Origin: Octopus vulgaris
Lineage: Eukaryota
DNA length: 64,000 nucleotides
Reading direction: 5' to 3'
Assembly: GCA_951406725.2 (NCBI GenBank)
Contig: OX597819.1
Coordinates: 25,792,001-25,856,000, forward strand
Shown here piece by piece: positions 44,250 through 59,469 of the stretch (position 1 is its first letter; each line of letters opens with the position of its first letter). Position numbers and translations under genes: made by a program. Below the pieces are notes generated by a model that saw nothing but the letters and a program-made list of their open reading frames with translations, searched no databases and was not told the DNA's origin.

Positions 44250-46127
44250 GTAAGTGTGTTTAATAATACAATTCAACGTATCTGATGTGATATGTGGCAC
44301 GGCAATAATTCACATCTGTTAGAGTAAAGATTACTATGCTATTGCCTCACGGATGATGTTCGTATTGTATTATATAAAAGCTGTTGTATCTTTATTGATT
44401 TATCTTCAGAATATCTTACATTGGAATATTTTGAGCGACATCATGAGTACAATCTTCGAGTGTCTTTCGATTTCCGTTCTCAAATAAACATATAGTTTCA
44501 GTCTAATATTTTGTTTATAATATCGTTTGTATCTCAAATTGCTCCAAGTACTTGAGGGGTACCATTTATCATCAATCTTTGACGGGAGAAACTAAAAAAT
44601 AGCATTAATATTTCTTATGATTGTGTTGAAATTGGCAGAGAACAGAACTGTTACATTTTGTCTTCAACTCTAGCAGTTCTGCCGATCAAATGCTATAATG
44701 AATTAAAATATGAGGTTCGCAGCAAGATAATTTAGCCACTGATTTTGCTTCATCGAAATAATTTCATTATATAGTCAAAAGAAAAAATGAATGATTAATA
44801 CTTGAATAATTTGACGAATTAAAATCTCATATTTAACGTTTCATATGTTTGTTTCGGTAAAAATGAATATTCATCCATGGAATTTTTATGAAGAACGGAA
44901 TATTTTGATTTGTATAAATGAGTACGCGTGAATGAAATAAGGTGTCTTGTGATATATACGCTTTAGAAACATGATTGTGTTGAAATTTTCAACTGAATAT
45001 ATAAATTATTTGTAACTGATGAACGTAGTTTTAAATTCTGTCTAAGGTTTCCTATGCATTTTCTTGAAAGTGTTTATTCTACACACATCCTGTGTTACGG
45101 AACTGACAATATTAGATATCTGGCCTGTCGATACAACCCAGGTGATTAATGTTATGAATTCAAAGATAATCATTATCCTTTTTTTTTCTATTTTATGCCA
45201 ATATGTTTACCTTACGGATTGTGAGAGCACATAAGTTAATATGACATTTGGTCGATTGTTACTTCTCATCGAATGATCTTACATATGACCAATATGTTAG
45301 AACTCAGTTCCGTACTACCTTTAAAATCTCACCTAGTAAACAGTCTCCACTATGTGTGTTAAATATCGATCTGATTAATACGATATCAGATGAGCAGGGA
45401 AAGCTAAAAACACAACAAAAATATCAGGTTCTCTGAATATCATACTCGCAAATTAAATTGATTTTCCATCCTTGAACACAGCACCATGTTTACGAATATA
45501 TTGCGGAATCCTATCAAAAGATAAACCTACTGCGATTGTATATAAAAATTTCAGTTTGAAGTAAGAGTAAATAAAAATTGGTTGTTTTAGATAGGTTTAA
45601 ATATTTTAAGAGAATAAACATCTTAAAATCAATATAGCAGTAATATGAAGGCGCAGTATATTACTTCTTGAATACTTATTTCTTTTGATGTAAGAACATC
45701 AGGAATTCTAAATTAATTAATGGATGCGAGTTCAGGTAGAAATAGTAATTTATGATAGATTTGCGAAGCAATGATTTTGTACATGCATGTTTTACGCTAA
45801 AATAACATTAAAACCATCTTCACAGACAAAACAGATGCACTGCAGATTGGAGGCTACATGTTCATAAAAATATTTATAAATCAAAACTAAATTCAAGATG
45901 AAATTATGTATATATATATTCTTCTATTATTTTAGTTGCTTCAGTCATGGGATTGCGACCATGATGCAGCACTGCCTTTAGACAAACAAATGGATCCCAG
46001 AACTTATTCTTTGTAAGTCTAGTATATATTCAATCGGACTCTTTTGCTGGACCTCTAGGTTTTGGAGATATAAACACAACATCGGTTGTCAAGCGATGGC
46101 GGGGATGACAAACACAGACACGATAAT

Positions 46128-46168
<41 letters not shown>

Positions 46169-46299
46169 CATATATATATACATATACATATATATATATA
46201 TACATATATATATGTGTGTGTGTGTGTGTGTATGTTTGTGTGTGCGTGTGTGTGATGCTGTGGATATTAAATAATTTGATAGAACTCAATACAATGTTC

Positions 46300-46333
<34 letters not shown>

Positions 46334-46344
46334 ATAATAATTTA

Positions 46345-46645
46345 TTGTCTTTGCACAGTTTCTAACGCTGGAGATATATAACGGTGTCACCTGTTCACTA
46401 CCAGTGAACTAATGTGTAACACCCCTTAGTTTTCGTTCGGTTCCGAGTAGTGCTGTTTTCTGCAAGTGCTCCACTCTTATTGCAGCCCTTATTTGTTCAA
46501 TATACTTCTCAAGAATTTTACTCACTGTTCCCAAGGCGCCGATAACTATTGGTATTACTTCTGCCTTTTTCAGCGATCACAACTGCTTAACCTCCGAAGC
46601 TAACCTGTTATAACTTTCGAATTTTCTTTCTTCCTTATTGCATAT
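46345..46645 (-). pseudogene. 3' end of an R4/Dong-like LINE (restriction-like endonuclease C-terminus plus 3' UTR)
   Basis: KEERKFESYNRLASEVKQL*SLKKAEVIPIVIGALGTVSK..LQKTALLGTERKLR, bounded by TAA/TTA repeats. Confidence 0.85.
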
Positions 46646-46658
46646 TATTATTATTATT

Positions 46659-47213
46659 GAGTGAAAGAGCAGTGCATGCCATCAAAATGAAAGCCGGGTA
46701 AAATATACGAAGTCCAGTATACCCATCATAACTACCAGTCTGATATGGGTACACCAGGCACATGCATCACAACTATATGCGCACGACATGGTGATCTCAT
46801 ATCAAGATTAAGAGCGCATGACCTTGCAGGTGGGGCCCAGTTAGAATTTTCTTCAGCTCGTGTAGCCCAACCAGTTCAAGAGTTCCCTGAATAAAAGCTG
46901 TTTAAGGATGTTGAACGAACCACCCATGTTCCCAAATGTGAATTATCCGAACCCCCAAAGAATCCCTTCCAACACAAGTCTATGATGCTCCCCCACTACT
47001 TCTGCTCATGATCAGAGATGCATATACCGCCAGCCACTCAGGGACCTGTTCAACAGGTTAAGGTCAAACAACCGATAAGCCAATCTGTGGTATTGAACAG
47101 AATATTTGCTGTAGCCCATCATTTATACCAAGACAAACCAATGTACATGATTATACTTCCAATCAGTTTAGATGGGAAGCCATGAAGCCCCTGCCTGTTG
47201 CTAGATGAAGGCA
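46659..47213. mobile_element. About 555-bp non-coding interspersed element embedded in (TTA)n
   Basis: GC-richer block bounded by (tta)n on both sides, no ORF, single copy here. Its interspersed nature is recalled and inferred, not shown in this window. Confidence 0.55.
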
Positions 47214-47274
47214 TTTATTATTATTATTATTATTATCACCATCATCATCATCATCATCATTATCATCATTTCTA

Positions 47275-47482
47275 CTCCAGACACAAAGCCTTGACATTTT
47301 TTTTGTGGAGAGGAAGCTTGTCGATTACATCGACTTCGTTGCGAACTGGTACTTATTTCATCGACTCGAAAGGATGAAAGCCAAAGTTGACCTCGGCGGG
47401 ATTTGAACTTAGAACGTAGCGGCAAAGTAAATACCGCTAAGCAATTCTCCCAGCGTGCAACTGATTCTAGATGCTCGCCACC
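47275..47482 (-). mobile_element. SINE family C
   Basis: cgaaaggatgaaagccaaagttgacctcggcgggatttgaact matches family C. Confidence 0.8.
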
Positions 47483-47484
47483 TT

Positions 47485-47486
47485 AA

Positions 47487-47553
<67 letters not shown>

Positions 47554-47566
47554 TGTAGTAGTTGTT

Positions 47567-47649
<83 letters not shown>
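47485..47649. repeat. (TAG)n(TAA)n microsatellite
   Basis: Direct reading. Confidence 0.95.
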
Positions 47650-50600
47650 TTCTACTATAGGCACAAGGCTTGCCATTTTGGATGAGGGGAGTAGTCAATT
47701 ATGTCGATCCCAATATTTGACTGCTACTTCAATGGTGATTATTTTAATGAGCCTGATATCGTGATTGGCAAAGACGACCGTACAATTTGTACTCAAAACC
47801 TAAAGCTAGAAGAAAAGCTTCGTCTAACTATGGTCTCAAAGTAGTCGCCCTATTAGCATGAAATATCAACTATTTATTTCTCAAATAATCCTAGTTGACA
47901 GAAAATTTGAAATGACACACTGAATAATATAATTAAGAATGCATTATTGAGTGTGACATTAATGTGGACTGTCGCATCTAAAATGCTTTCATAGTAAGTT
48001 GTCTTGATCAGAGTTGGCATGGAACTACATATGAACAACAGAAGAAATAAGTATCTATCATCCTGAATACTATTTGTGTAGAGCAACTGATAACATTTTA
48101 GTATCCCATATTTAAGACAAGTAACGTAAAGTACAGTTTATTTCCATTTCCAAAGCATTTAATTTAGCTCCTAATTAAAACTATTACATTTATTCTCTTT
48201 TTCATTAAAACAGTGTATTTTGTTTTAAAGGAATTTGTCACAATATTAACATTATTAGATTTGTTAAGTTTCAAATCTCACCTGAAAATTCTATAGCAAT
48301 GCTTAGCCCATTAGTAAAATGCTGTTTTATATAAATCATACAAGAATGGACTATAACAATTACCAGGAGGATTTAAATTTTTTTTAATCCAATCAGTTCC
48401 ATCTAATTTGTAATTCATAAATAATACCCTATACCGAAATTTCCGGTTTAGAGAAGTCGATTTGAGTTCTGATTGAATTATATTGAATTTAGATTTTGAG
48501 TTGTAGCTATTTCTTTTATTGTTTTTTGTATTAAATAATATGGGATGATAGCATGAAAGAATAAACCTACACACACCTCTTGAAAAACAAAAAGGGGGCA
48601 ATGTATTTCTAAACTGCTCATGCACAGAAATAATATACATAGCGCAGACAATCTTCGCTTCAGCATGTTCTTTCTGAGTACAGTTCTGCAATAATAATCA
48701 GGGATGATGCTGATATTGCTTCCACGCATGCAGTCATCCCGAACCATGTTCAATAAACGTTCACTCGAATGGTTGGCATAAAGTTACCATGGAGAGCTCC
48801 AGCTTCAAACTCAAAGGCGTGGGCTTCAAATTTCGCTATCCAAATGCGGTGCTCCAGCATGACTGCAGTCAAATGACTGAAACAAATAAAAGAGAAAGAA
48901 TACGTGCTGCAAAGATCTAAAATTTAATTTTGATATATCAAAATTTATATCGTAGCTTCTCTAAATCTATAACTAATAACTTGCAAAATATCTTTTACAA
49001 ACTAACATTTATCAGCATCATTATATTGTTCAAACTTAAATACGTTTTGCTCTAAATTGAATGAGCTAAATTCAAATATATTCCATGGAATCGTTTGTAG
49101 TAGTACTTTTTAAATCCTTCCTTGTCTTTTGAAATTGTGGAAGTATATCTCCTCCTAAAAGCTTTGATAATGTACAATGATATCTTACACTATAATTGAA
49201 ATGATATTTGTGAGATATGTAATTATGTATAAAGAGCTAGTTGCTAAAAAGTGGAATCCTATTACAGTATATTATCTGAATCAAATGCAGAATTATAAAC
49301 AAAGAACAGTCTTTCAGTTTGCAGTTCAGTGTAGTTACTTATATAATATTCTGCACTTAGTCATTTCGCAAGAGAGATATTTTCCCTTCAGGGAAAAATC
49401 CGAAGCATAACGAATAACAGCGTATTTTATAATATATACAATGTATTATTGAGATGTAAATCCAGACCCATCCGGTTGCTATGGAGAAGCTAAATAATGT
49501 AATATATATATATATATATATATAAGTTTGAGCGACTCTACACAAATAGGAAGAATATATATATATATATATATATAAAGAAAAGATGAACAATATGTAA
49601 ATGTTATATGAATACAGTACTTGGAAAGTGTAGACATGTTCAACATAATTGATAAGTGGATCTAAGAAAATGTAAAGCATTGGAATCAGTAGTATATTAT
49701 CATGCGGCCTGATGAACAGTGAGGAGCAAAGCGATGACATGCATATTCCTTAACAATATCTTCCCGCATAGTGGAACGTGAATATGCTAATCCCTTTTCT
49801 ATTTCGTTATTAGAGAATAGCGTATCATTTCGGATGGCGAGTGAATGTGTGTTTGTAACCACTCGATACATTGAGATAAGGGGACTTTGAATGTAGCGGG
49901 TTCCTGGTGAGGGTAGAGGGATGGTGAACAATTAGAAGTGTTCAGGGCAGAGTAGAGGGAGAAAGCGATAGGGTGGACATATTAAGTGACTTTAATGATC
50001 TCAACTGGCTACCTGAATAAAACACTGCGCTGTCAAAACTATTCATGCGCAGTCAAAAACTATTCCGGTGCAATGGAACTAACGGGAGTTATTTTCTGAA
50101 GTCTGTAATCAAAGAGCCTTATTTGATTAATTGGTGTAGGGTACCCTGGATTGAAGAGACACACAAAGAGAACGAAGCATCGCTGTCTCATAGACCTCTT
50201 ACCTTGATGAATCGAGCATGTTACGAATACACATTCCTCTGAAAGGAGAATATTTTCTTGTGAGGAAACACAGCACAGCAGAGCATATTTAGGCTCGAAT
50301 CTGCTGGAATATATTAAGAATAAACATGCGTCATTGTTTCGTTTGATTTTGTACATTATTTGTTTAGCAAGATGATATTTTAATGTAACATACAGTCAAA
50401 CATATGTAAAGTAGTTTATAATAATTATTATGTTCATTGCTTAATAATATTATTGAAATAGAATGAATAATGATCGAGACAATAGGACATAATTGTTTAA
50501 AATAAAACATTATGGAATCTTGTTTCATCCCTCGTCTTATAAGAAGTGATAAGTTTTGAATTTGTTTATAACAACACAATTACAACAATTAAGACAATTG

Positions 50601-51199
50601 ATTTTGTTCATAACAACTGACTTACACAGAACTAAGAGCAATATAAAATATTACCAGCACATGACACAATGTTTTGAAAAGTTGTCATAGTAAGTATCAA
50701 TGAATTGAGAGTTTTCTGGAAAATTATATATATATATACATATATACATACAAACGTTCGGATTGGCGATTTTTTCCTCCGTCTTCCTTTTCTTTTGGAC
50801 TTCCCTCTGTCTCCGTTTATGTGTGTATATATATATATACACATACATACATAATACATACATACATATAGAGATTGATAATAGGAATAAAGAGATGACG
50901 TCGGGAAAATGATAAAGGTTATTTTATGAAATGTGTTAGCTTACAGCTCTTTCTGCAGTATGATGTGGTGGACCGTTAGTTGAGCAAGTAGGTAACATCC
51001 TATAGATTCATAAGATCTTTAAATAGAAAATGTACAGTGTTTGTGTGGGGGGGGGGGAGAGAGATAGATAGAGAGAAAGACATTGGGAGGGAGAGAGAGA
51101 AAGAGAGAAAGAGACTGCAAAGTAGCATTCAAGATATAAAATACAAAACGTTAACAAATTAGAAAAGTAGAAATTTCATAATTTAAAGCTGAACATTGT

Positions 51200-51256
<57 letters not shown>

Positions 51257-51477
51257 CTATAAGGCTATATTAAGTCTCTGAGCGACGTATAAAGAGTAGC
51301 AATACGGAATCGTAACATGTAATTGCCAACCAAGAGTGGCGCCCTATACCAGACAGTGCTACTCTCGTTTATAGCGCTGGGAATACATCTATTCCAGCTG
51401 GCTAACGACACACATTCTGCGTCAAATTAGTATTTGCGAGGGGAGGTCATCGCTCCAATCTCTAGGCTTACGAGATA

Positions 51478-51523
51478 CACACGGACTCAAGTTTCTGGGT
51501 GGTTACCCAATCCTCAGCGCGTG
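51478..51523 (-). ncRNA. Type-I hammerhead ribozyme, intact core
   Basis: Minus strand cacgcg-CTGAGGA-t-tgggt(aacc)accca-GAAA-cttgag-TC-cgtgtg. The inverted copy at about 52640 shows the palindrome ctcgag. Confidence 0.85.
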
Positions 51524-51732
51524 ATGAAAACTCATTCCACTCTCAACACATTATAACCTTTTTCCACTGACAAATTTCCGCTGTGCCTATGGTGTGTATT
51601 TGTCTTCCACCACTACATAATACCCGGTGAAGTAAATACTAGGCTAAAAAAAGGCTGAGGGCAATTCATTTCATTAAAACAATTCAGTGCTGCAGTCCAC
51701 TAAAACAACTAAAATATATAATACATGTAAGA

Positions 51733-52089
51733 GGGGGAAGCACTCCGTCGCTTACGACGATGAGGGTTCCGGTTGATCCGAATCAACGGAACAGCCTGCT
51801 CGTGAAATTAACGTGTAAGTGGCTGAGCACTCCACAGACACGTGCACCCTTAACGTAGTTCTCGGGGATATTCAGCTTGACACAGAGAGTGACAAGGCCG
51901 GCCCCTTGAAATACAGGTACAACAGAAACAGGAAGTAAGAATGAGAGAAAGTTGTGGTGAAAGAGTACAGCAGGGATCACCACCATCCTTTTAGGTGTTT
52001 TCTCTCAAAAAAACACTCACAACGCCCGGTCTGGGAATCGAAACCGCGAGTCCGCTGCCCTAACCACTGGGCCATTGCGCCTCCACAAA
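51733..52089 (-). mobile_element. SINE family A (tail type 1) with TSD
   Basis: TSD acatgtaaga at 51723-51732 and 52090-52099; absent from the other arm. Confidence 0.9.
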
Positions 52090-52809
52090 ACATGTAAGAA
52101 TTATATAAATGAATAAGGCGTTAGCATGTATACATAGATACATTAGTGTTTTCATAAACACTGATATGTACGTAATTATTTACATATGTGTGTAGGTATA
52201 TAGGAATGCAAGTAACGATCAAATCATACGTGCTCGTCTTGTGCTGTATGTCATTACTATAGTTTAAAACTATTTTCACATTAACATATTGACTGCAAAA
52301 ACTCAAATTTTATCCTTTATATTTTTTACGTAAACTAAGCAAATAATTGGCACACATCTAAATATAATATATCTTTTAATAAAATAAAAGAAAGCTAAAA
52401 CTAATGTAGGTATACTTGCATAAAGATATAAATACAAAGCAGAACTCTGGAGCAATTTAGTTTCTAAGTATCCCGAAAAAAAACAACATATCTAGTGTTT
52501 TCAATTACCATTGCCGGACATGTTAGAGAAATCTTAATACAATAGCATATATTGAAATAAAGTAGATATATGAATAGGGCAAAATACTTCGTGGTTACTT
52601 GTCGTCAGCATGTGTGATTTGCAAGCTAGTAACCACCTAGAAACTCGAGACCGTGTGTATTACGTGAGGCGAGAGATGGGAACGATGACCTCACCTCGTA
52701 AATACTATCGGACACAGAATGTGTATCATTAGCCACTGGGAGAGATGTCTTTCTGGGGCTATAAACGTCAGTAGCCCTGTCCGGTACAGGACGCCACACT
52801 TGGTTACGT

Positions 52810-52854
<45 letters not shown>

Positions 52855-53270
52855 ACACACACACATACACACACACACACATATATATATATAATATCTT
52901 TGGATGGAAGGCGGAAACTTGGGTGTTAGTTAGATTCGGTGGTACCTTGAATGATATAGGTTCAAATCTCACTTCCTTAATTCAAATACACATATTATAA
53001 TCTGTCTAAATCTTTTAATTAACATTGTCGATGTGAATTATCTTTCGATTATACTCGAGACGTAGTCATAAAGTATGATCTCATGTTTTGGAGACAATTC
53101 ACCTATGAAACGGGTGATGAATATTAATGAGTTGGAAGATTATGCAGAGAATATCGCATTACTTACAACCAGTTCCAGGATAAAACAAATAAACGTCACG
53201 TAGAAGAATCTCAGATAACATGCAAATTTCCAATACGCTGTAGAGCAAGCAAACATATATATATACTTTA

Positions 53271-53513
<243 letters not shown>

Positions 53514-53533
53514 TATACATATATATATAAATA

Positions 53534-53582
<49 letters not shown>

Positions 53583-53775
53583 ATGTATATACGACGAGGT
53601 TCCTTCAGTTTCCGCCAGGTAAATCAATTCAGAAGGCTTTGGTCAGCCCGAGGCTATAATAGAAGACACTTGTCGAATGTGCCATGCTGTTGGACTGAAA
53701 CCGAGTCTATATGATTGGTAAGCAAGTTACTTACCACATAGTCATTCCTGCGCCTAATACGTACATACAAAGTTA

Positions 53776-53842
<67 letters not shown>

Positions 53843-54397
53843 TATATATATATGAAAGAAGGTTTGAAAAAGCAGTTTTAAAAGATGTTTATTTACTTGA
53901 CTGGTTTCACTTTTTTAGAAAGATTTTGTCAAAAGTAACATGTAAAAGCTTTGTTGTGTTAGGTACTGGTTGTCACAAAATATTACAATACATATATACA
54001 TTCTTTGATAATAATAACATGTTAAAAACAGTTTACAAGGAGAAACCTTTTCTTTGTAAACTGCGTTACCTAAGGTAATCCCATAGAACGGCCTTATCTA
54101 TCATATTACTACATTGCTCTATAACATAGGTTGTGCTTCTATTTCGGATACATGATTTACCAATGATATATATATATATATATATATACAAATCTCCGCT
54201 GCAGAAACTTTTGTTCGAAATCTTGAATGAATGGAAATTTTTATTGGATGGAATCAAACCATTTACAGAAACACTTCAGTTTTGTCCCACAGGCATTTCT
54301 GTTATATCTCCATGCTTTTTGCACCGCTATATTTTTGGTCCCAAAGGCGGAGACCAGGCAGAAACGTTAAGCACACCGGGCGAAATGCTTAACGTTA

Positions 54398-55620
54398 CGA
54401 GGGGCATTCAATAAGTAATTCCCCTGACCCACTTCCCATAGCAGTAGTTCAACGACACTTGGCACAGTTATTAGTCTTTTCCTACATAGGAACTACCCAG
54501 AGTTATGCATTTCTCCCATCGTTTGATACAGCTCTGGAGACCGTTTTGTAGAAGACCCCAGCTTGGTCCTCCAACCTCAACGTGACTTGAGAAATCAAGG
54601 CTGCATCATCTGGGAAACGCTTTCCTTTCAAAATCAACTTCATGGCTGGGAAGAGTTGAAAATCAGAGGGTGCAAGGGGAGGAGTTCATAGCTGCACGCC
54701 TGTGCTTCTGATCTGGCGACACGCGAGTTGTGGACCGGAGCGTTGTCCTGCAGGAGGAGGATGCCTTTGCTGATCTTGCCCCGCCTCTTGATTTTGATAG
54801 CTTCTCTTAATTTCCTCAAAAGTGAAGCATAATAGGCTCCTGTAATTGTGGTACCCTTTGCCAAGAAATCTGTCATCACTACTCCGTCCTGTTCCCAGAA
54901 GACTGTGAGCATGACCTTGTCAGCGGAGGGCTGCAACCTTGCCTTCTTTGGAGGAGGTGAGTCATGGTGCTTTCACTGCATTGACTGGGCTTTGGTCTAT
55001 GGGTCATAGTGATGGAACCAGGTTTTATCCTGTGTGATCAGTCTTTTGAAAAATTTTGACTCATCTTCTTGGCACATCTCCAAATTCATCCTCGAGCACT
55101 CAACGAGTTCTTGCTTCTGGAAAGGTGTGAGCAACCTGGAAATCCATCTGGCAGACACCCTTTGCATATGCAAATGGTCATGAATGATAGTTTCCACAGA
55201 CCCGGTACTAATCTTGACCTTATGGGCTATTTGGCGAATAGTTATATGTCGACCTTCCAAAATGGCAGCCTCAAAGAAGGGGGTGACCAGATCTGGGAGC
55301 TGTTTCCACAGAGTTCCGACTATGTTTGAATTCACAATGCCAGCGTTTTACAAGGTCATATGATGGGGCATCATCACCATAAGTTACTTTCATTTCATCA
55401 AAAGTCTCCCGTGGTGTGCGTCCTTTCAAATACAAAAACCAGACAGGCTCCATTTCACACTTGACTCAGTTCAAACATCTGTAAATCAGAAACCGCAATT
55501 AGTTCAGAGCTGTGATTCGCCACGTAATCTATAGAGATATAAATAAGTGCACATGCAAACTTTCAGCTAGATCAAACAGCTGCAAGTGGGTCAGGGGCAT
55601 TACTTATTGAACGCCCCTCG
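54398..55620 (-). mobile_element. mariner transposon, near full length, inserted at TA inside a family C SINE
   Basis: TIRs cgaggggcattcaataagtaattcccctgacccac / gtgggtcaggggcattacttattgaacgcccctcg with TA TSD. SINE halves at 54346-54397 and 55623-55780. Confidence 0.95.
54470..55453 (-). pseudogene. mariner transposase pseudogene
   Basis: VSARWISRLLT, LITQDKTWFHHYDP, KVMLTVFW, LLLQDNAPVH, LAPSDFQLF, RWEKCI. Frameshifts, stops, and the YSPD part of the motif is deleted. Confidence 0.95.
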
Positions 55621-56058
55621 TATTTGTTTCCTCTGTCTTTACGTTCTGAGTTCAAAATCCACCGAGGTCGACTTTGCCTTTCATCCTTTCGGGGTCCATA
55701 AATTAAGTACCAGTTGCGTACTGGTGTCGATGTAATCGACTGCCTCACTCCCCCAAAATTTTGGGACTTGTGCCTTTAGTAATAATGTATATATTTGGTC
55801 CCATCTTCTCGGGACTGATTGGGTGCATGAATCTCAAATCTAGAAATGTTCTTCTTACTTACTTGTTTGTGTGCCTTCTCATCACAATTGCCCCCACTCC
55901 CTAATCACCAGTCCCCACATTTATCCCGCCCCCTCACCAGTTCTTATTTCTAAGAAAGTAAGTCCTTTAGAATCCCCTCTCGGCTCATAAATTTTCTATG
56001 AGTGTTGATTTACAAAGGTTCACAAAGAAGATTATTTGAATCAATCTAACTTCTACAG

Positions 56059-56106
56059 GAATGTCCGAATAGCCATGGGTATTTCCCCTTCTTCCAGTTA
56101 CAAGAT
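56059..56106 (+). CDS. Candidate 48-nt exon
   Basis: ctaacttctacag acceptor, gat|gtaaga donor. Open as ECPNSHGYFPFFQLQD or NVRIAMGISPSSSYK. Confidence 0.3.
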
Positions 56107-59100
56107 GTAAGAAAAAGATAAGAATAGTGTAGGTAGATTACAATATATATTCGACAGCAGAAATTGAACAAGTATACTCTTTTACTCTTTTACTTGTTTC
56201 AGCCATCCGGCTGGGGCCATGCTGGGGCACCGCCCTTGAGAAACTCTGTATGAGAAACTTTGTCCATGATAACGCCGAAAATAGACAAGAAATTAATTAA
56301 GTTTATTGAAATCAGTCAGATGCCCGGGATATGCTTCCCAGGACACCTTTGGCAAGTTTCTATTTTATTGTTGCAAAGACATCTAAATAGAGTAGGGCGT
56401 TGAAGACAGCATCTTTGTATTTGAGAAAATTCTTATTTTGAAGAAACATTTATACCTGACAATGAAGAAATCATAGGCATTTTAAAGTTTACTACAAACA
56501 GAATACTTTATTTAGGAATTGAATACTTCTCTTTTTGCAAACTATGAAATTGCCTTATGACGAAAAAAATAGCCAACATCTATAGACAAAGCAGTGTATA
56601 TCAATAACAAAACAAAAAAATAATTGTGGCTAATGATATTGTAATATTGTACATGTTTCTGAAAATCAGTGAAAAAAATCTAATGCACCTTCATCGCGTA
56701 CACGCACATATATAAATGTGCGCGTTATATACAGAAATTCGAATGCCACTGGTACAGCCAAAAAGTGCCTGCATGTATAAACACAACAGAATAAGAAAAT
56801 CAAGACAAGTTTTTGGCAAGAATGAAATGTGACAAATACATACAATTATGTAAACAAATACAAAACACTTATAGAGATTTTGTTAGTTTTGTGTCACTTG
56901 CATTTCTCTTTTCTTACGTGACGTTCAGTCATGATAATTAAAGTCTATTGTATGAACTTATATTATCGAAGTATTTTGCTGTATTTGTTTATTTACTTTA
57001 TTTCAATATATGCTATTGTATTAAGATTTCTCTAACGTTTCCTGCAGTGTTAATTGAAAATAATAGATACACTTTATTTTTTGTTTTCGGAATACTTAGA
57101 AACTAAATTGCTCCAGAATATTTGCATTGTATTTATTTCTTTATGCAAGTATACCTCCCATAGTTTTAGCTTTCTTTATTTTATTAAACGATATATTATA
57201 TTCAGATGCGTGCCAATTACGTGCTTAGTTTACGTAAAAATATAAAGGATAAATTTTGCAGTCAATATATTAATGTGAAAATTGTTTTGAACTATAGTAA
57301 TAACACACAGAACAAGACGAGCGCGTATGATTTGATCGTTACTTACATTCCTATATACATACACACATATATAAGTAATTACGTACATATCAGTGTCTAT
57401 GGAAATTTTGATATATCTATGTATACATGTTAACGCCTTGTTGATTTATGAAACATTTACATGTTTTATATATATATATATTAGTTGTTTTAGTGGACGG
57501 CAAAACTGAATTCTTTTAATGAAATGAATTACTCTCGGTCCCTTTTCATGCCTAGTATTTACTCCCCCGGTTGTTATGTAGTGGTGGAAAACAAACGCAA
57601 GGACACCGACCATGCACATACATTCATATATATGTGTGTTTGTGTGTGTGTTTGTGTGTATGTATGTATGTATGTATGTATGTATGTATGTATGTATGTA
57701 TGTATGTATGTATGTATGTATGTATGTATATATATATATATATGACGACTCATTTTAGTTTCTGTCGACCAAATCCACTCTCAAAACTCTGGTGGTTCTA
57801 ATAGAAGACATTTGCGCAGGGTATCGCGCATCAGGATGAATCCGGAATACAAAGATTCGGAAGGAAACGTGCTGCCACACAACCAATAAGCTTCCATGTA
57901 TATATCTATGTATAGATATGTATATATATTTAAATGCGCATTAATATTTACACATAGATGTATACTTATACACACATACAATCATTCTGTATACATTAAA
58001 ATGCATTCCCATAAGCACACATTCTATATGAGTGTGTATGTTTGTAAGCATATATATATATTAGAAATTTAAAATGGCGAAGAAAAGTCAGTGAATCAGT
58101 CTATTCCAGTCTCACGTGATGTTCATTCCACCCACGTTGTGCTAATGCTTCCGTGTCCCTTGTCCTTCTAGCTGTATTACATTCAATGAATTCGGGATTG
58201 ACTCTTTGGAAATTTGTGCCCAACGGTGCTATCATATTACGGAATTGCATATAAGATAAATATATGAAATCTTTTAAATTTTGCACCTAAAATGTTCCTG
58301 TCCATCGATTTAAAAAAATTTTTACAATAATGAATCTCAGATTATTGAGGTAATTATTGAACTATACAAAATTAAATTGGAAGGCCTTACTGTATGAGAG
58401 ATTGAGTTAAACATTCAACTCTGAATATATCTATGCACAAGCACTTAATGCACGTGAATATGTATTCCATTGAACGGCGAGATAATCACATATTGAAAAG
58501 TACCCGATGCAGAATATGATTGGAGGTAGATTCTGTATATATGGGAACACATTCAAGCACTTTAATGTTAATCTAACAAGATACGTGCCCTGGAATAGGT
58601 TCAGTGAGAGATAGCGGAAATACCTGCATAGGAATATGTGAAATATGTGCACTGAATACATATGCTCTCTGCGTTTATATGCAAAATTAATAGCATAAAA
58701 TGGGAAAAGCAAGAAAGTAAATATTGCCTCTCGTTAAGCCTCAGCTATCTGTTCATGCCTTACACACTCTAACATTCACACACACACAAACACACACACA
58801 CACACACATATGTATATATATATATATGAGAAATATATTTCTGTGCACTGTAGTAACAAAAATGTATGTATACAAGACATAAATCATAGGAGATGTATGA
58901 AAGAGTGCATCTGTATTCCCGAATTTTACATACGATTATACATTTACGATTACTCATACATGTATAATGTTTTACGTTTAAGTCCACACGCATTAATAAT
59001 ATACATCTAGAGGTAGAAATGTATGTATGTTTACGTATCATAATTTAAATGTGAATTCACAAAGGAATATTTGCATCTCCCACTTTCTCTGAATACAGAC

Positions 59101-59318
59101 ATTAGCAGGCGTACCCATGCACACACTCATGTACTCACACACACGTACGCACGCACACACATTTCGGTTGCTAAAGTACATACCTTTATAGTTGTGCGTA
59201 TATGTACATACCTACATTTACATATGATACATATGCCCATATACCTATCTGTCTATATATGCATACTTGTATACATAAATACGTATGCATACAAACATGT
59301 ACACACACACACATATAT

Positions 59319-59366
<48 letters not shown>

Positions 59367-59469
59367 AACATCTACAGGCACATGTGTGTATATTGAAATT
59401 ATTGTGTTTGTTTATATACATAGATATATACATACCCAAACAGACACACACATATATATTGTTTTCTAC

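Noticed and set aside
48311-48691. 126-aa non-repetitive ORF
   Set aside because: Non-ATG start, no recognisable motif or splice support.
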